This document shows, piece after piece, positions 34,451-48,000 of a stretch of 64,000 nucleotides of DNA. The DNA lies in the NCBI GenBank assembly GCA_965153285.1, contig OZ229112.1; one strand, 5' to 3'. A model generated the notes under the pieces. That model saw nothing but the letters and a program-made list of their open reading frames with translations, did no database searches and was not told the origin of the DNA. The first letter of the stretch is position 1. Every line of letters starts with the position of its first letter. The position numbers were made by a program, and so were the translations under genes. This DNA comes from Podarcis tiliguerta. Lineage: Eukaryota.

Positions 34451-37400
34451 TCATCACCATAATCTTGCACTATATTTCCCTATATATTTTTTTTTGAAAA
34501 AATGGCTTTTACATTGCATGAAAGCTCAAAAATATAATGCAGGAGTTAATAGGAAAATGTCATGAAAAAGGAATAAACTGCCTGAATGCATGAAAAAAAA
34601 GATTGAAGTACTTTTGAGTTCCATTAATTGCAGTGCGATGGTCCACATATTAACTATATCCCTCTGATATTAAATGGTTTTAGGAGTGCTTAACTTTTGC
34701 TCAATCATACCTGACCATATATTTCTTATATATTGAAAAAGCAAAGATGAAAAAAAAAGGTTCCGACTTATTCCAACAAGGCCAGAGCTCAAGCGAAATT
34801 GTATGCAGCACAATTTATCCCTGGATCTAAGGACTAGAATTATAACCAGGATGAGGATGTGGAAACGAAGATGTCACAGGGACAAAAAAATTATTCAAGC
34901 ATTGATAAAAAACACTAATGACTAGAATTGAGAGAATGAAAAGTAACATTCTGGGTCATTCTTAAAATGTATTGAAATGTTCACCAGTATTCAATTTGCA
35001 AACATATAGTTTGTTACACTAAATGACTTTTGTTAGATTTCTAGATCTCTTCATATATTACTTATAAATACATATGAAGAGATCTAAATTTATAAATAAC
35101 CACATTTTTCTGATGCAAAGCATAGAAGCATTTTCATGGTGTCAAAAGCTGCACGTTGATTTTGCCAACAAACCATGATCTTTTCTGTACAAATGCTGTA
35201 ATCTGCTGTGCAGATGAACTTTAAAGTCGTCGTTCTAATATCCTGGTTTGTGCAAAGTATACCTGAAGGCACTCTGGCACTCTTCCTCACCCTAAATATC
35301 AGCACAGTGGGTAGAGGCAAGCTGTAGCAAGTTGACATTAAGGATAGCAAAAATGTGTCAGTAGAATGACACGTTTAGGTTGATTGGACTTTGCATGCAG
35401 TCAGTATAGGAAATTATGCATCTAATTATCTTTTTCAGGATGGTTTGTTTTGCAGCTTGTAATACTCAGTGTAGCTTGAAATAATGTCCCTTCCACTGTA
35501 GCCTGGGTGGATGATTTGCTAGTTGATGTTGCTCAAAGCTGGCCTCTGTGCTTGGTAATTTTTTATTCCAACCTTTAAGCCTGCAGGTATTCACACTGCG
35601 TGATTTATAATTTCAAGGTCTGTTTATGTACAGAGTTAAAACGCCTTTCTATAGAAGACAGTAATTTCTGTGCAGTGTTTAAAGCGATTGCATCTATATA
35701 GCTGTGTATGCATGAAGAGCCGACACAGACGTATTTTGCTCAGCTGCTGGACTTAGAGCACATGCCGTTTATCAGTGCATCAGAAAACACTAAAATATCC
35801 GCTCCTGTGGGCAATTGCAGTATAAGTGCAATGGGATTAGTGTTCAATCCATCTCTCCTTCATTCTCTCTCCTTTTCCTGTAAGTATGTACTGTGAATTT
35901 CATGTGGCTTTATTGATACCTCGTGCTCAGAGAAGCGTAACTCATCCACAAGTGTCCAGAGAACGATTCAAATAAGCTAGGTTCTTAATATAAAGTAGCA
36001 ACACTTCTAGGAATTATGTTTTTATGAACTTAGCACCATGTATTGAGTGTAGACTTGTTAGCAAAGACTGAATTTCAACATATAAATATACAAGCAATGC
36101 ATTAAGATAACTTTGATCAAACCATAATAACAGTGCAGTAACTGTTATCAATTCCTGAACACCATCCTATACATACGTATCTACTCAGCCCTGCAGAGTT
36201 CAGGGGGATTTACTCCCAGGTAGGAGAATATAAAGTTGCAGTTTAAATCCTTATTAGGAATACCAGCATGTTTTTGTAACACCTAGATATCTTTCCTTCC
36301 ACCAACTCAAGATTAAATATCAAAATATTGTGGCAAAAGTGTCCGCTTGGTGCCAACATACATAGCTGCAAATGTCAACATTATGCTTTACATGTTGAAC
36401 AATCTTGCACTTACACACTTGCTAATGATCATATCTTCGTTGGGACATGGATAATAAATGAACTAATTTTTATACACATGAATAAGCAGGGGGGAAGTGA
36501 AGCGACTAAGAATGAGGAAGTCTGTCACTTGGTTTTCCCCAGTTTCCAATTTTTCCACTCATAAGTTTGCGTCTCCACATTTTCACATCAGTTTGCATTT
36601 TTGTTAGCCCTCATGAACATTTATTGTCAATTTAGTCTGAATTTCTCGTATTAGTGTGCATAGCTGGGGTTGTGAAATTTTGTTTTTGTTGAGGTCTGCA
36701 TTCCCTTGGGAGTACTCATGTCAGAAAAGGGCCGGCCAACCCATGAGGTAGACTAAGGCAGACACCTTGGGCGGCAGAATCCAAGGGATTCCAATGTGGC
36801 TTCCGGCAGCTTCTGCCTTCTAGTGAGATATTGCAAGGGCCCTGTGCAATCTCACAGGGATCTCATGCTGGAAGCTGTTGCTGCAGATGTACAACTCTGG
36901 TAAGGGAGTTTTTACCAGAGGTGAGGAGGCCTCAGGCAATGTTGAGTGGCTGTGTCTAGCCATCCTTTTAACTTCCCACAATGCTCCAGAGCTGACCCTA
37001 GGTCAGAGTCTTTGTGGGGAAATAAAATGGTGGCCACTTGGTGCTGATCAAAGTGCCATGTCAGGTAAAAAAACACACACAAAGGTGGGCTCAAAGCAGG
37101 CATTGGTGCCCTGTCAGGGCATTAGAGCCCAGGCAGCTGAATAGAGAACCCTGGCAACAGAACTAGGGGATGCTTAAATTTATCAGTAGGCAACAGACAC
37201 AGCATTTTGTTCTTTTTTTAGGGAGAATATAGATCAACTTTACAGGGCAGGCCTTTGCACATATGAGTAGCTAAATTAGCATAGTGTGCTCTAGGTATGG
37301 CAATGAAAAAAAGGAACTGTCAGAGTAAATCAGCCATGAAAGTATTTTGTTTTCAACGGTGGCATGTGAAGCAGTATAAAGATTCTCCTTATACGTTGCA

Positions 37401-38270
37401 TAAGTGCTGCTTTCCGTAACACCGCATGGTGAAAAAGACAGGAAATTCAGCTCTGGAACCTTGTCTTTAATGTGCAGCATTTTGAGGAAGAAAACATTTT
37501 ATTTATCTAATGAAAGTATTTGCTGTTTAAAGATAAATAAAGCAAAAAGTCTTAAGGCAAGAACCAATGTGGCATGTTTCTTTGGAGCAGATTTTGGGAC
37601 GTTGTGAGAGCCTGGAAGAAGGAGAAGAAACACCAGAAGTCCTGTTGCACAAATGGGTTTCTGTTGTACAAGCAGGTGGAGATCACTGGAGGATGTGCTT
37701 AGTAAAGTGTATTATATATAGAAACAGCTTTGATCTGAATTGAGTACTAAGAGACAGGCCAAACTCAGGAACAGCTGTGATGACTCAGACCAAGGGTTCT
37801 TCAAAACCTTCAGCATTCTAATTCCAGTTCAATCTACTGATGATTTGGAATAGGCATGCAGACCTTGGCAACCTGAGTGCAAGCTATATGTCCACATTCT
37901 GATCTCCCTTGGGCTTGGTGAATCACAAGCTGTGAGGCCTGGTGTAGGACAGAGAACAAACTATTTTCTAACTAGGCATCCTTTTCCAGTTTCAGCCATC
38001 AATTTTCACAAATGTATATGATCCTCAAGGTCTAGTTTTCCCTAAGGTGGTAAGCTGTGTCTGTGAAAGTACCAGTTTAGCATGCAGGTGAGGATTCACA
38101 CGAATGAATGCTCCTTTGCGCCAGGTTCTCTTGAAATGAAGAATGAAATCAAAGAGGCATCCAAAAGAGGAGATGCGGTAATAAAAGTTAACTTCAATTA
38201 CCCTCTCACAGACTGGGGAAATGTGTTTTTGAGTCAAAACATAAAGGCAACATTTCAAGATAGCTTAAAT

Positions 38271-38828
38271 CAGAGATTCTCAACCTCTTTGAGTCCACAG
38301 CTACATTCTTTCTGCGGCACCCCTGTGGGGCTCAGGAGCCCAGTTATTTCACCCCCTGCCTACAGAGCTGGCAGCCCCTCAGCCCTCTTTCAAACACTCT
38401 CCATTGTGGAGTGTTCTCTCAGCTGCCTCCCTTCTCCTTGGGAGCCCTCTGGGCAGCTGCTGCTGCTGCCTCCCCTGATCTCTCAGCTGCCCCCCCTCTC
38501 CAAAGAGATATGCTTCTTCACACTGTCCCACAGGGGTGTGGGACTTGTCTGTCCATTCCCAACAGCAAGGGCTGGCTGGCTGGCTGGGCTCCCTCGCCTG
38601 CTTGCCTGCTTGCCCCAGCTCCTGGCAACCAGGCACCATTCTCCTGGGGAGCTGGTAGCCAGGGTTGCTTCAACAAACAGCTGTGCAAGCCTTTGGGAGG
38701 CAGAGACTTAAGAGGTCATCAGAGGAGGGAGGGAAGGAAGAGGGACAGAGGCCAGTGTTGCCTGCGGCACCCCTGACCATCATTCAAGGCACTCCAGGGT
38801 GCCACAGCACACTGATTGAAAACCACTG
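38271..38828. mobile_element. hAT (Charlie-like) non-autonomous element
   Basis: TIR CAGAGATTCTCAA versus reverse-complemented right end CAGTGGTTTTCAA. 8-bp TSD GCTTAAAT/GCATAAAT (7/8). CGGCACCCCTG subterminal repeats. Confidence 0.85.
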
Positions 38829-38975
38829 GCATAAATGTTGGGCCCTAGACTAGTTGGCCATGGAACCAACCAGAGGGGTGGTAACCTTGGACTTATTCTT
38901 AAGTGACACCCAGGACCTGAGGTGAGATGTAAATGTTGATGAGCCCATTGGGAACAGTGACTATAAAATTCAGCG

Positions 38976-39121
38976 TAGAATCATAGAATTGTAGAGTTGG
39001 CAGGGACCCTGAGCGCCATTTAGTACAACCCCTTGCAATGCAGGAATACACAGCTGTCCCATACAGGGCTCAAACCTGCAACCTCGGCATTATCAGAACC
39101 ACCCTCTAACCAAAAGAGCTA
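38976..39121 (-). mobile_element. tRNA-Ile(AAT)-derived SINE with CR1 tail
   Basis: Minus strand TAGCTCTTTTGGTTAGAGGGTGGTTCTGATAATGCCGAGGTTGCAGGTTTGAGCCCTGTATGGG aligns to vertebrate tRNA-Ile(AAT). Followed by ATTCCTGCATTGCA...CCAACTCTACAATTCTATGATTCTA. Confidence 0.88.
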
Positions 39122-40599
39122 TATGTAAGTGGGCAATTGCCAAGGAAGTTCAGCACAGCCACATTTAACTTGTGAGTGAACACCCTGCAAGCTGCAGGAT
39201 CACTGCCTCTGCCACCGGCTGTTGAGTGGAGGCATTGATCCTACAGGGTGCAGTGTTCTACAATGGTGTTTTATGATTTATTGTATACATCTTGTTGTAC
39301 GCCACATTGCTAAGATGGAGGCACATAAGGTGGGGACACTTTTAGAAATAGTGCTTTCCAAATGCACAACTGAATGCGTGACAGACAAAGACTCAGTACA
39401 TAAGAAGAGCTTTTAGTTCCGTCTTAGGAAACAATATTGTGGAAAGGGAAGAGAGCAGTTTTAAAGAATAGTACTTAAACTATTTCTCTTCAGGGCATAC
39501 CATCTGAGTGCTGTCATTTCAGTGTATAAAAGTTGTGAAAGTTACAGATGTAAAATGACAACCATTTTGTATTACGGAACTTATTTGAAATGATTAGAAA
39601 GCTTTTAATGAGCTGTCAGCAAATTGATTTTACAATGTTGCAGGGAGAGGAGGAGGAGCGGGGGAACGGGTCTTTCTTCATTATATCAATTGTCCCTTTT
39701 CAAGTCGAAGCTCCTCCAGAGATTTTTGTCCTCGTACTATCAGTGGTCCCACCTTGACAGCGGCAGAATACCCTGTGATAGTGAATTTATAGATTGGTTA
39801 CACAGCAATTAAAATGAATATATTTCGTTGTGATTAACGACAGTAATTGCGTAGAAGGCTGAGTTCTGCTAATGTTAACTCGGGCTAAACTCAAAATTCA
39901 GTGTGGCCAATCACTAAACATGTGGCTTTTTTCGTTTCTCTAGCTCACAGTTCCCCTTATTTTGTATAGTAAACAATGTTTTTGCTTTCCAAATCACCAC
40001 AGTTCTTACTTGAGACCAGTCTTTCACTGCAGAAATGAAGCTCCCAGACTCAGAGCCCATCCACACTTTCTTTGTCAAATGATTTCTAGTATTTTGTATC
40101 TTTATCATCACATGTCTGAGGGGTGCTTTTTTTCTCCTGCCGCTTTCCCCAGGAAAAGCCAGTGTTTACTCCTGAATCACCCATGCATGAAATACCTGAA
40201 GAAAATTTTGTACCTCTTCTGAACTGGTCCTAAAATGACTCCTGAACAGGATTTCACATGCTTTCCTGGGAGCTCTGTTGGGGGGGGTGGTCTGCCTCCA
40301 TCTCATTTCTTTCTTTCCCCGCCTATCCCTGCAGGATAATTTATCCAGTTGTGTCTCCAGCTTCAAGCAGTGCACTTCTGGTTTTCTCAGCATTCTTAAA
40401 TTTATTTATTTTACTTTTCCCTGTTTGGCGCTCATAGAAGACATGTGGTCAAACAATATATGTACAAAACTTGTGTGTGTTCTCACTTGTTTGTTTTCAG
40501 TGGTTGTGATAATTCCAATCACAGCTTTATTTTCTGTCTTTAATAACAAGTAATACTTAATATGTATAGGAAGAGTCCTGGGTCCTTTTGTATATGTCG

Positions 40600-41205
40600 C
40601 ATAGCTTTCAAGTGTCCCTTATTTGAAGGGACAGTCCCATATTCCAGTGCCATGTCCCGCTGCTGCCCCTTATTGATGGATGTCCCTTAAATGTCCCTTA
40701 AATGATGTCCCTTAAATTTCAAAGGAAGCAGCTCCTCTCCCTCCCTCCCTGCTGGCCGGGGAGGAAGGAGGCTCCAACTGTGTTGCTTGGCTGTGTTGCT
40801 CACCCAATAAGAAGTCTAAGAACGACTGGGGGTGGAGCTTGCATGCCTTGTGTGTGGCTAGTTAATGCAAGCTGAGGGGTTTTTTGAATGCTGGACGCCA
40901 TTTTGTTGCACGTGCTGCTGCAAACTTTGCAGTGCAAAGCCAGGCCGGGGAGCCATCTTAAGCTGAGGCTGCATACGCCTTGTGGTGCATGTGATTCAGA
41001 TTCTGTTCAGTTGAACCTCTGGTTACAATGTTGGTTGGGACAGTGTTCTCAAAGCTACCAGCGTGAGTTTGACCAGACTGCAGGAGGACAGGAAGACTGG
41101 AGTGCCTGGAACAGGTGAGGCTGCAGGTCCCTTATTTTGGCTGCTGGTCCCTTATTTTCAAGGCTGCTGGTCCCTTATTTTCAAATCTGTAAGCTGACAG
41201 CTATG
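40600..41205. mobile_element. hAT non-autonomous element with GTCCCTTA subterminal repeats
   Basis: TIR CATAGCTTTCA versus reverse-complemented right end CATAGCTGTCA. 8-bp TSD ATATGTCG/ATATGTTG (7/8). Confidence 0.9.
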
Positions 41206-42185
41206 ATATGTTGGATGATTCTCTCAGTTTCTGATTTATACAATTTTCTGATTACCTGGGTTTGTGATTCTCTGGGTATCTGATTCTCTGACTCTCTGCC
41301 ATGAGTGGGTGGAAAAGAAGGTGGAGACAACACGAAAAGCGAGCTATTGATTATAGGAAGAGTGTATGGGAAAACACAGGGTTTCAGCGGTCTGAAGTAA
41401 AATCCGAGGCAAAAATCACAAGTGGGTAAGCCAATCCTGGGAAAAATTGAAAATGGGGCAAAGAGGCACAAACTTAAGGGAAAGTGTGGCTGGGCCCTCA
41501 CTTCTCCATGAGCTTCACTCCTACGGACAGCCAAGAACCATTCAGTTGGTTTTAAGGAAATGGTAGGGATTTCATTCCTTTGCTGGGAAAGGGCAAAGAA
41601 ATTGATATCTGGCACTTTCTTCCATGTTTTCTCAAGGAGAACTCACTGGCACGCTGAGAACCACCCAAACTTTTGCACTGCACGTATTAGATTTGCCATT
41701 ATTGCTCTCCTTGACTGATTAAAATCGTACGCATTAGGAAAATGCGGTATCTTTTTTTCTTAGCAGAATGTTGTTTTGTTTGTTTCTCTTATTAATAGAC
41801 CCAATCACTGCATCTTGGTGTTTTACTCTTATGTCACGCTGGGCTGATATTGTTATTGTGCTTCCATGACTCCTCCTAATTGCAGACTTTCATTTACTCA
41901 TCTATGAAACTTGTATAATAATGTACTTATCTCCTTCACAGGAGCATTGTGAAACTTAATGAATTAATTCTGGAGAGTACTTGAGATCTCCAGATTATAG
42001 GTGTGCTGCCAGTGGAAGCAATTAATTTTTACTTTTATTCCGATTTTTGTGAAGATCCTGCACTCTGAGTCAGTCATTGTACTGAAGACTGTGTTTGCTT
42101 TAGTTTTTCACCAAGAGATATTTGCATTTCAGCATGAGTGTACAGGATTTTTTTTTGGGGGGGGGGAGGTTTCTGAGTAGGACAT

Positions 42186-42837
42186 TGTAGGTTGCCACTC
42201 TATAATTTAAATAGAAACACAGGCTATCTCACCATGCTGGAGAAGACTCCAGGTGACCTTTTAGTCCTCAGTTAGATAAGGCCTTCAAAGGGAGGACTGC
42301 CCTCTGGTGGACAGGACACATTGCGCTGAACCAAAGGCTGCTCTGCAAATGCCATCTTGGTAGTAAAGATAACCCCACAATTAATTGGTAGTTTTTGTAA
42401 CAACCAGCTCATATATGTTTATATTCTCTTGATATACGCTAATTGACTTGCTTTGTGGTTATCCTTAAGTGGAGATTTCGGGGTGCTAGGGTATGACCTG
42501 GGTTATGAGCCTAGAAAGGGGAACTATCTGTAAAATTTGGGTATCTGCCACCTATGCCCTTATCTGGTCCGATGGAGTGATGGGAAGTCCCAGCCAAAGT
42601 AATGTATGCTGCTTTGCATATAAGGAATGTATCGATGTATACTTGGGTGCAGACAATCCATTTCCTTGCTTCTGTGTTTGTCCCACATCTGTAAAGGCTG
42701 GGGGACATGGCAGGCTGGTTTGTAGTAAGTCTAGACCTTGCTTAATAAAGCACTAGAACTGATCACTGGTGTTTTTGACAACCTTCTTTGGTATCTCTGA
42801 ACCCAACCGCTCCCACAAGCCCTCCTTTGGGCCTACA
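42186..42837 (+). mobile_element. Solo LTR (ERV-like), 652 bp
   Basis: TGTAGG...CCTACA inverted termini, TATA-like CATATAAG near 42618 and AATAAA at 42744. TSD is degenerate (GGACAT/GTTCAT). Confidence 0.7.
42296..42313 (-). promoter_or_regulatory. Candidate CTCF site within the solo LTR
   Basis: Minus strand TGTCCACCAGAGGGCAGT matches the CTCF core CCACCAGRGGGCRG. Confidence 0.55.
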
Positions 42838-43324
42838 GTTCATAATGTACATAGATAGCTTTGATCAAAGATGATCTCCCAATAGAGGTCTACCTTGCAG
42901 CATTTTTGTTAATTTTTAGTGAAATGTACACGGTTGGCAAAGTCTAGGAGATAGTCAGTGTTGTTTCTGTTCCGTACCTTGTAATGTGATGTTATTTTTT
43001 GATTTATTGTCAGATTAGTTTTATTGTGTGGTTTGATTTTATGTGTTGTTTATATTGCCTCACCCACTCCCAGCAGCTTATTAGAGAGTATCACATTCCA
43101 AGATTACTGAAAGCTACCAGCAATCCTAGAAAACTGCATCTTGGTAGAAGTATTTTGAAGTCAAAGTGCTCCTGCTGCTTGTGGTTTAACTTGTGGAGCA
43201 GATCTAGGTAGATTGTAATGGCTTTAAATGTTGGCTTTGAATGACACATCAATGTTCATTCAAATGTATGTGGAGGAATTTACACCTTAGAAAGAGAGAA
43301 AATGTGACATGTCGGAAGTGGACC

Positions 43325-43527
43325 CCTCTTAGGCTTCCTGACATGTTCTGGTTTTCGGGTGTAAAAATTGCACCAGGGAGGAATTTTTCCAAATTGGCAA
43401 ATGTCAGGAAAATGTATGGCAGTGGAAACAGCTTAAACTCACTATTTTGGCAGGAGGTTTACCCATAAAAGCTGAACAATTTGGGTGGGTTTCAGGAATT
43501 TCATTTTTTTGAAATATGGCATCAGTA
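43325..43527. mobile_element. Degraded hAT-like MITE
   Basis: Right end TTTTTGAAATATGGCA resembles GGTTGCCATATTTC-type TIRs. Left end is poorly defined. Confidence 0.4.
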
Positions 43528-44429
43528 GGACCCCTCTCAATTCTTTGAAGTTACTCTTCTCTCCAAGTTATATTGTAAATCTTCACTGAATTAATCAGCC
43601 CAGTGTCCACTAAGCTAATATCCAGACACCCTCCTGAGCTATCAAGGAAACTGCTGTCAGAATGAGAGATAATAAATTACCTTGTCTGTCCTTAGTAATC
43701 TGGGGTTTGTGTGACTAAAAAGAGGGGGGGGGGACTCAGTTACCAACATTTCTGGTCAGAATTCATTCTTTTTTTAAATCACTGGACAGATCAGACAGCT
43801 ACTTTTTGCCATTCAAGTTAAATATTTTGATTTCTTATTCATCCAGCTTGGGACGTCACAGAAACTAAGAAGCAGATGTAGGTGGTCTGATGAGGGTTCC
43901 AACTTATTTGTGGGATTCTAGAATATTTCATTGTCATGCTAGGCCTCACCATCGTGTGTTTTATTTGCTTATATCATAAGCAATTGAATGCCTTGTTGCA
44001 GGCATGTTTAACAGTAGCCATTTCCAACTCTAATTGTGAAGTCCAGTTGAGTATTTCTGGATAATTCCATCAATCTCTATATCATCTTCTTTTGGTATCA
44101 CACATAAGTTTGGAGGTCTAAATCTATGTTACATCAAGACTCTCCCCCCCACACACACACATTTCCTGGAGCTGGATATGATCTTGTCCACACTAGACCT
44201 ATAAACCAGCTTTGGTATGTGGCCCATGCTGCTATAAACAGGGAGCTGGTGTGCAGCAGAAAGTACCCATAGAGCAAATAAATCCACAAGCAAGATAAAC
44301 AAGCCTCCTAGCATCACAAAGTCAAAAAGAAAAAAGAAATGTAGGTGAGGATTCTAGCCATTGCGATTTGAGGGAAAACTCCTTTTCGACCCTCCAGACA
44401 TGGCAAAATTCAATCTGCATATAAAAAAT

Positions 44430-44563
44430 TGTTGTTAATTATGTATTTTGTGGTGTGTGTTTTTAAAATATATATATAGTGGTTTTATGCTGTGAACTGC
44501 CCTGAGATCTACGGGTATAGGGCAGTATATAAATTTAATAAATAAAATAATGAAATAAATAAA
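44430..44563 (+). mobile_element. L2 3' tail
   Basis: TGTGAACTGCCCTGAGATCT...AGGGCAGTATATAAAT followed by (AAAT)n. Confidence 0.75.
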
Positions 44564-44627
44564 CAAGAGAGCCTGGGCTTCAAGAGAGGCAAAACTGTTA
44601 ATCTTTACCCACCTTGCACATAATCTC

Positions 44628-45072
44628 TGTTAGAATTCCTGCTCCATGATTGCAGTCATGGGATTTTTGTCTATCACATGACCGTGTATGTTTTGACTCC
44701 ACAAAGTAGGAAGTGACGGAGACGGGATGTTTGTGTTACTGTGTTCCGTGAAGTGGGACTATTGTCCTTTGTTTTTTCTCTTTGCTCTCTGATGCTAGAG
44801 AGAGAGGTAGCCATGTTGCAGTGCTCCGTGTGTGTTTATATGTAAATAAAGTAGATTAGCCAAAATGCTGAGTTGCTGAGGTCTGTTATGCAAGCTGCAA
44901 AGACTCTGCGGATCCCTAAGTGTGCCGGTGTCTGCTGGCATCAGTCGCTGTGATGTTCGGGCTGAAGAAAACTTTTGAAGCTCCCAAATGATCGACCAGG
45001 AGGGAGAGAACAGGCCAGTCGGGCATGTGTCTCTGCCAGGGTCCTACTCAAGTGTAGGACAAGCTCCTGACA
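44628..45072 (+). mobile_element. Solo LTR (Gypsy/Copia type), 445 bp
   Basis: TGTTAG...CTGACA termini, 5-bp TSD ATCTC/ACCTC (4/5), AATAAA at 44845. Confidence 0.85.
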
Positions 45073-48000
45073 ACCTCAGCTCACAGATTCTGGCGATTTC
45101 CACCAGATGTTGATGTGGTTGGGTTTGAAACCTCTTGTTACTACATTTCTTTTTTGTTTTTCTCTTTAAAACACACACACGTGTGTGAGAGAGACATGTG
45201 GCGCTATCCACATGTCAGGCTCTACTATTTATTTATGCCCTGCTCTTCACCCCAAGGTCCCAAGGCAGGTTACAGCACTATGTAATATAATCAGTAGTAG
45301 CATATGTGGAGAGGCAAGGTTGCAGACTCACCTTCTCCACACAGCCATTGCTGGGGCCAGGCAGCAATGACATTGGGGCCACTTGGGTGCTTAGTGCATC
45401 TACCTTCACCTCACAGCCAGTCCAGCCCTGTCCAGGCAAGCAGCACTCACAGTGTTGTTGGGAGGGTGTCCCCACCCCACCTCAGGCATCATGACTGATT
45501 AATGTTGCTTATAATTTGTGGTGTCTACAAAGTTTCCGATCCTCACACCTTGGAACTACGAATTCTAGTTTTATGCATCAATGTCCCATGCCTCACTGTG
45601 GCTGTGTGCCCGTTACTGGCTTAAAATGCAGCTAGGTCATTCTTTTTCTCTATTCAGATCGAAGACGATTTAGGGGGGGAGGCAACAAAATGTAGTATTT
45701 CATAGGAAAGGGCAGGAGAGATATAGACAGCGGCTAACATTGTGTGTATGCCGCTTCCCCCACCAGCAGCAGGAGTGTGCACACAGCCAGAAAAAAAAAA
45801 AACACAGCAGCATAAAACAGTAGTTTCTTCACTCAATGCATCATTGTGGCTTAAAGGTCAAGGATTCTCTCATTTGTCTACAAGAGAGTTCTCAGTGCCA
45901 TGGTCAAATATTTCAAATGGGAGAAAGATAATTATTATTATTTTTAAGATAATGAAAGCTGATAGGTACTTAATCGTTCTATTGTGATGATCTGTTTAAT
46001 CACTCTTGCTGTTTACTTCAAGGCCTCCACAAAAAAACACCAGCAAGTTACCATTACTGATCATTATTCGGCATTTTGATCATTCAAGTGTGGAAACCTG
46101 CTTTACATAATACTATAAACTTTTTGATAAGTAACAAATCAATGATCTTGTGATACAAGTTCTATTAAGGGCGACACATTACAAGAATTAGAAAGGACAC
46201 TAATTAGATTTAGGTTTATTACCTGCTGAGATGTTTTGAAACGAAATTTATTCTGTGCTATTTAGCATTCTTTATGCTAATGAAAGAGTTGCTGCTGCGT
46301 AGACCTTGAACTAATTCAGAAGATACTAGCTTATTACTGCAGAAACTGTTTTCACTTAACATATGTCCAAATGATGGATTTTCATTGATTTTCTATGTAA
46401 ATGAAAGCAAAGTCTGATCAAATATGCCCATATTTCAAGGACAATAAAAATATGTGGATAATTTCAAATGAAATACTTTTTTGAGTACTTTATTTAAATA
46501 GTGAGGGTTTTGTTGTTGTTGTTTCTAAAGCTCTCACCCTCTCTTTTAAAGAGAACATTCTGTTTGCTCTCCAAAATTTTGGTGCTTGTTATGATTAGAA
46601 GTTAGGGATTGCAAGTGTATATATATTTCACATCCTCTCTACCTGAAAAATACTTCATAAGACAATATGAAGGAAAGCAACAGGGGACTTTCATCAGTAG
46701 CCCAGATTCAAAGAGGAAAACCCCACAACTGATGTATCTATTTAACATAGATATGTCATTTAATATAATAATGATCTCTTATTGCTTTTAATAAAAGCAA
46801 TAAGAGTATTCAGTATTTCCCCCCCTAAAAAACCATGTAATCTCTCTCTGTCTCTCTCTCTCATCTTTCAGCAAGTGAGGAAGGAAGCCTTATTGCAGCA
46901 GTAACCGTAAAGTAACTTAGTTTTGTGATCTTCTTCAGCACTGATTAAAATCTGAATTGAAGAAGAATTCAGGAAAAAATAAAGCCCACCTTCATATTGA
47001 AGGTGACATTTCAAGTTGACAGGGTTTATATTCCAAACCAGAAATTACACTTTGGTAGCATCATTCGACTTTCCCCTGTGTGTCAAGCAGAAACATGCAA
47101 ATGAAAATCCATTCTAATTTATGCTTCCTCTTATGTTTTAAACTTCCTCATCTCACCCCATCTCTTTCCAGGTATTAACACACACACCCCTCCACACACA
47201 AAACTCCCATCACCCTTTCATGTATATTGAGCAGAAGTCAGGAGAACGAAGAGCAACCATATGCTGGTATTGTGGTTTGTTAATTTAATGCAAAACCAAG
47301 CCTACAAAGCACATACGATACAGATCATCTCCTATCATTGAATAAATGCTTAAATGCAATGAGATAATTCTAAAAGACAATAAAAAGGGATGACATAAGC
47401 AGCAGAACTGATGAGTTTTTCTAGCCCTTTTCGGTTGTTGTTTTATTATTGTTATTTTAAAAAACCCTTTCTTTAAGAAGATGCATTACATTGCATTAAC
47501 TTCCCCCCCACACACTGTGCATACATAAAGTTGGCCCTGATACTATATTGATTAAACAGCTCCTTCTCTTACTATTAAGGGCTTGAAAGTTTGCTACCTA
47601 ATTTGCTAAATAATTGCAGCAGACGTGCCATTAATCATCCTGTTGGCGTAATTAACATTATCAGCACACATTTTTAAAATGAATAATAAAAGCATTTAGA
47701 ATATCGTGATTTCTAATTTGCTCATGGATCTTTAGCAGATCCTGCTTTAAATAGTTTTATTATTTGGTCTTTTACAGTTTTCCAATTGTAGGGCTGCTAA
47801 TCTGCATTAGGCATTTTGCCTTTTACCAACTCAAAAAACCCACAGGATGTGCCTGCTCATTAAAGGTTCCACTATAGAAGCAGGGGAATCTTAAGTTTTG
47901 CTTCTGCATATATTCTGATATGTTGCTGGCTGAAGCTTAGCAGGTATGGGGCTGTTAGGTGCCTGACTTCCACGAAGCACTTGGGTCCCATGGTAAAATA

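Noticed and set aside
38082-38711. 209-aa ORF
   Set aside because: It lies mostly within a GC-rich hAT MITE, is low-complexity (Leu/Pro/Ser) and has no transposase motifs.
40612-41185. Regularly repeated GTCCCTTA units suggesting a CRISPR-like array
   Set aside because: These are subterminal repeats of a TSD-flanked hAT element in eukaryotic DNA, with no spacer structure.
41513-41533. REST/RE1-like motif TTCACTCCTACGGACAGC
   Set aside because: The right half-site matches but the CAGCACC left half does not.
46872-46911. Possible micro-exon after a pyrimidine tract (TCTTTCAG|CAAGTGAGG...)
   Set aside because: The donor is weak, the peptide is not EGF-like, and it would interrupt an EGF domain that the two real exons already complete.
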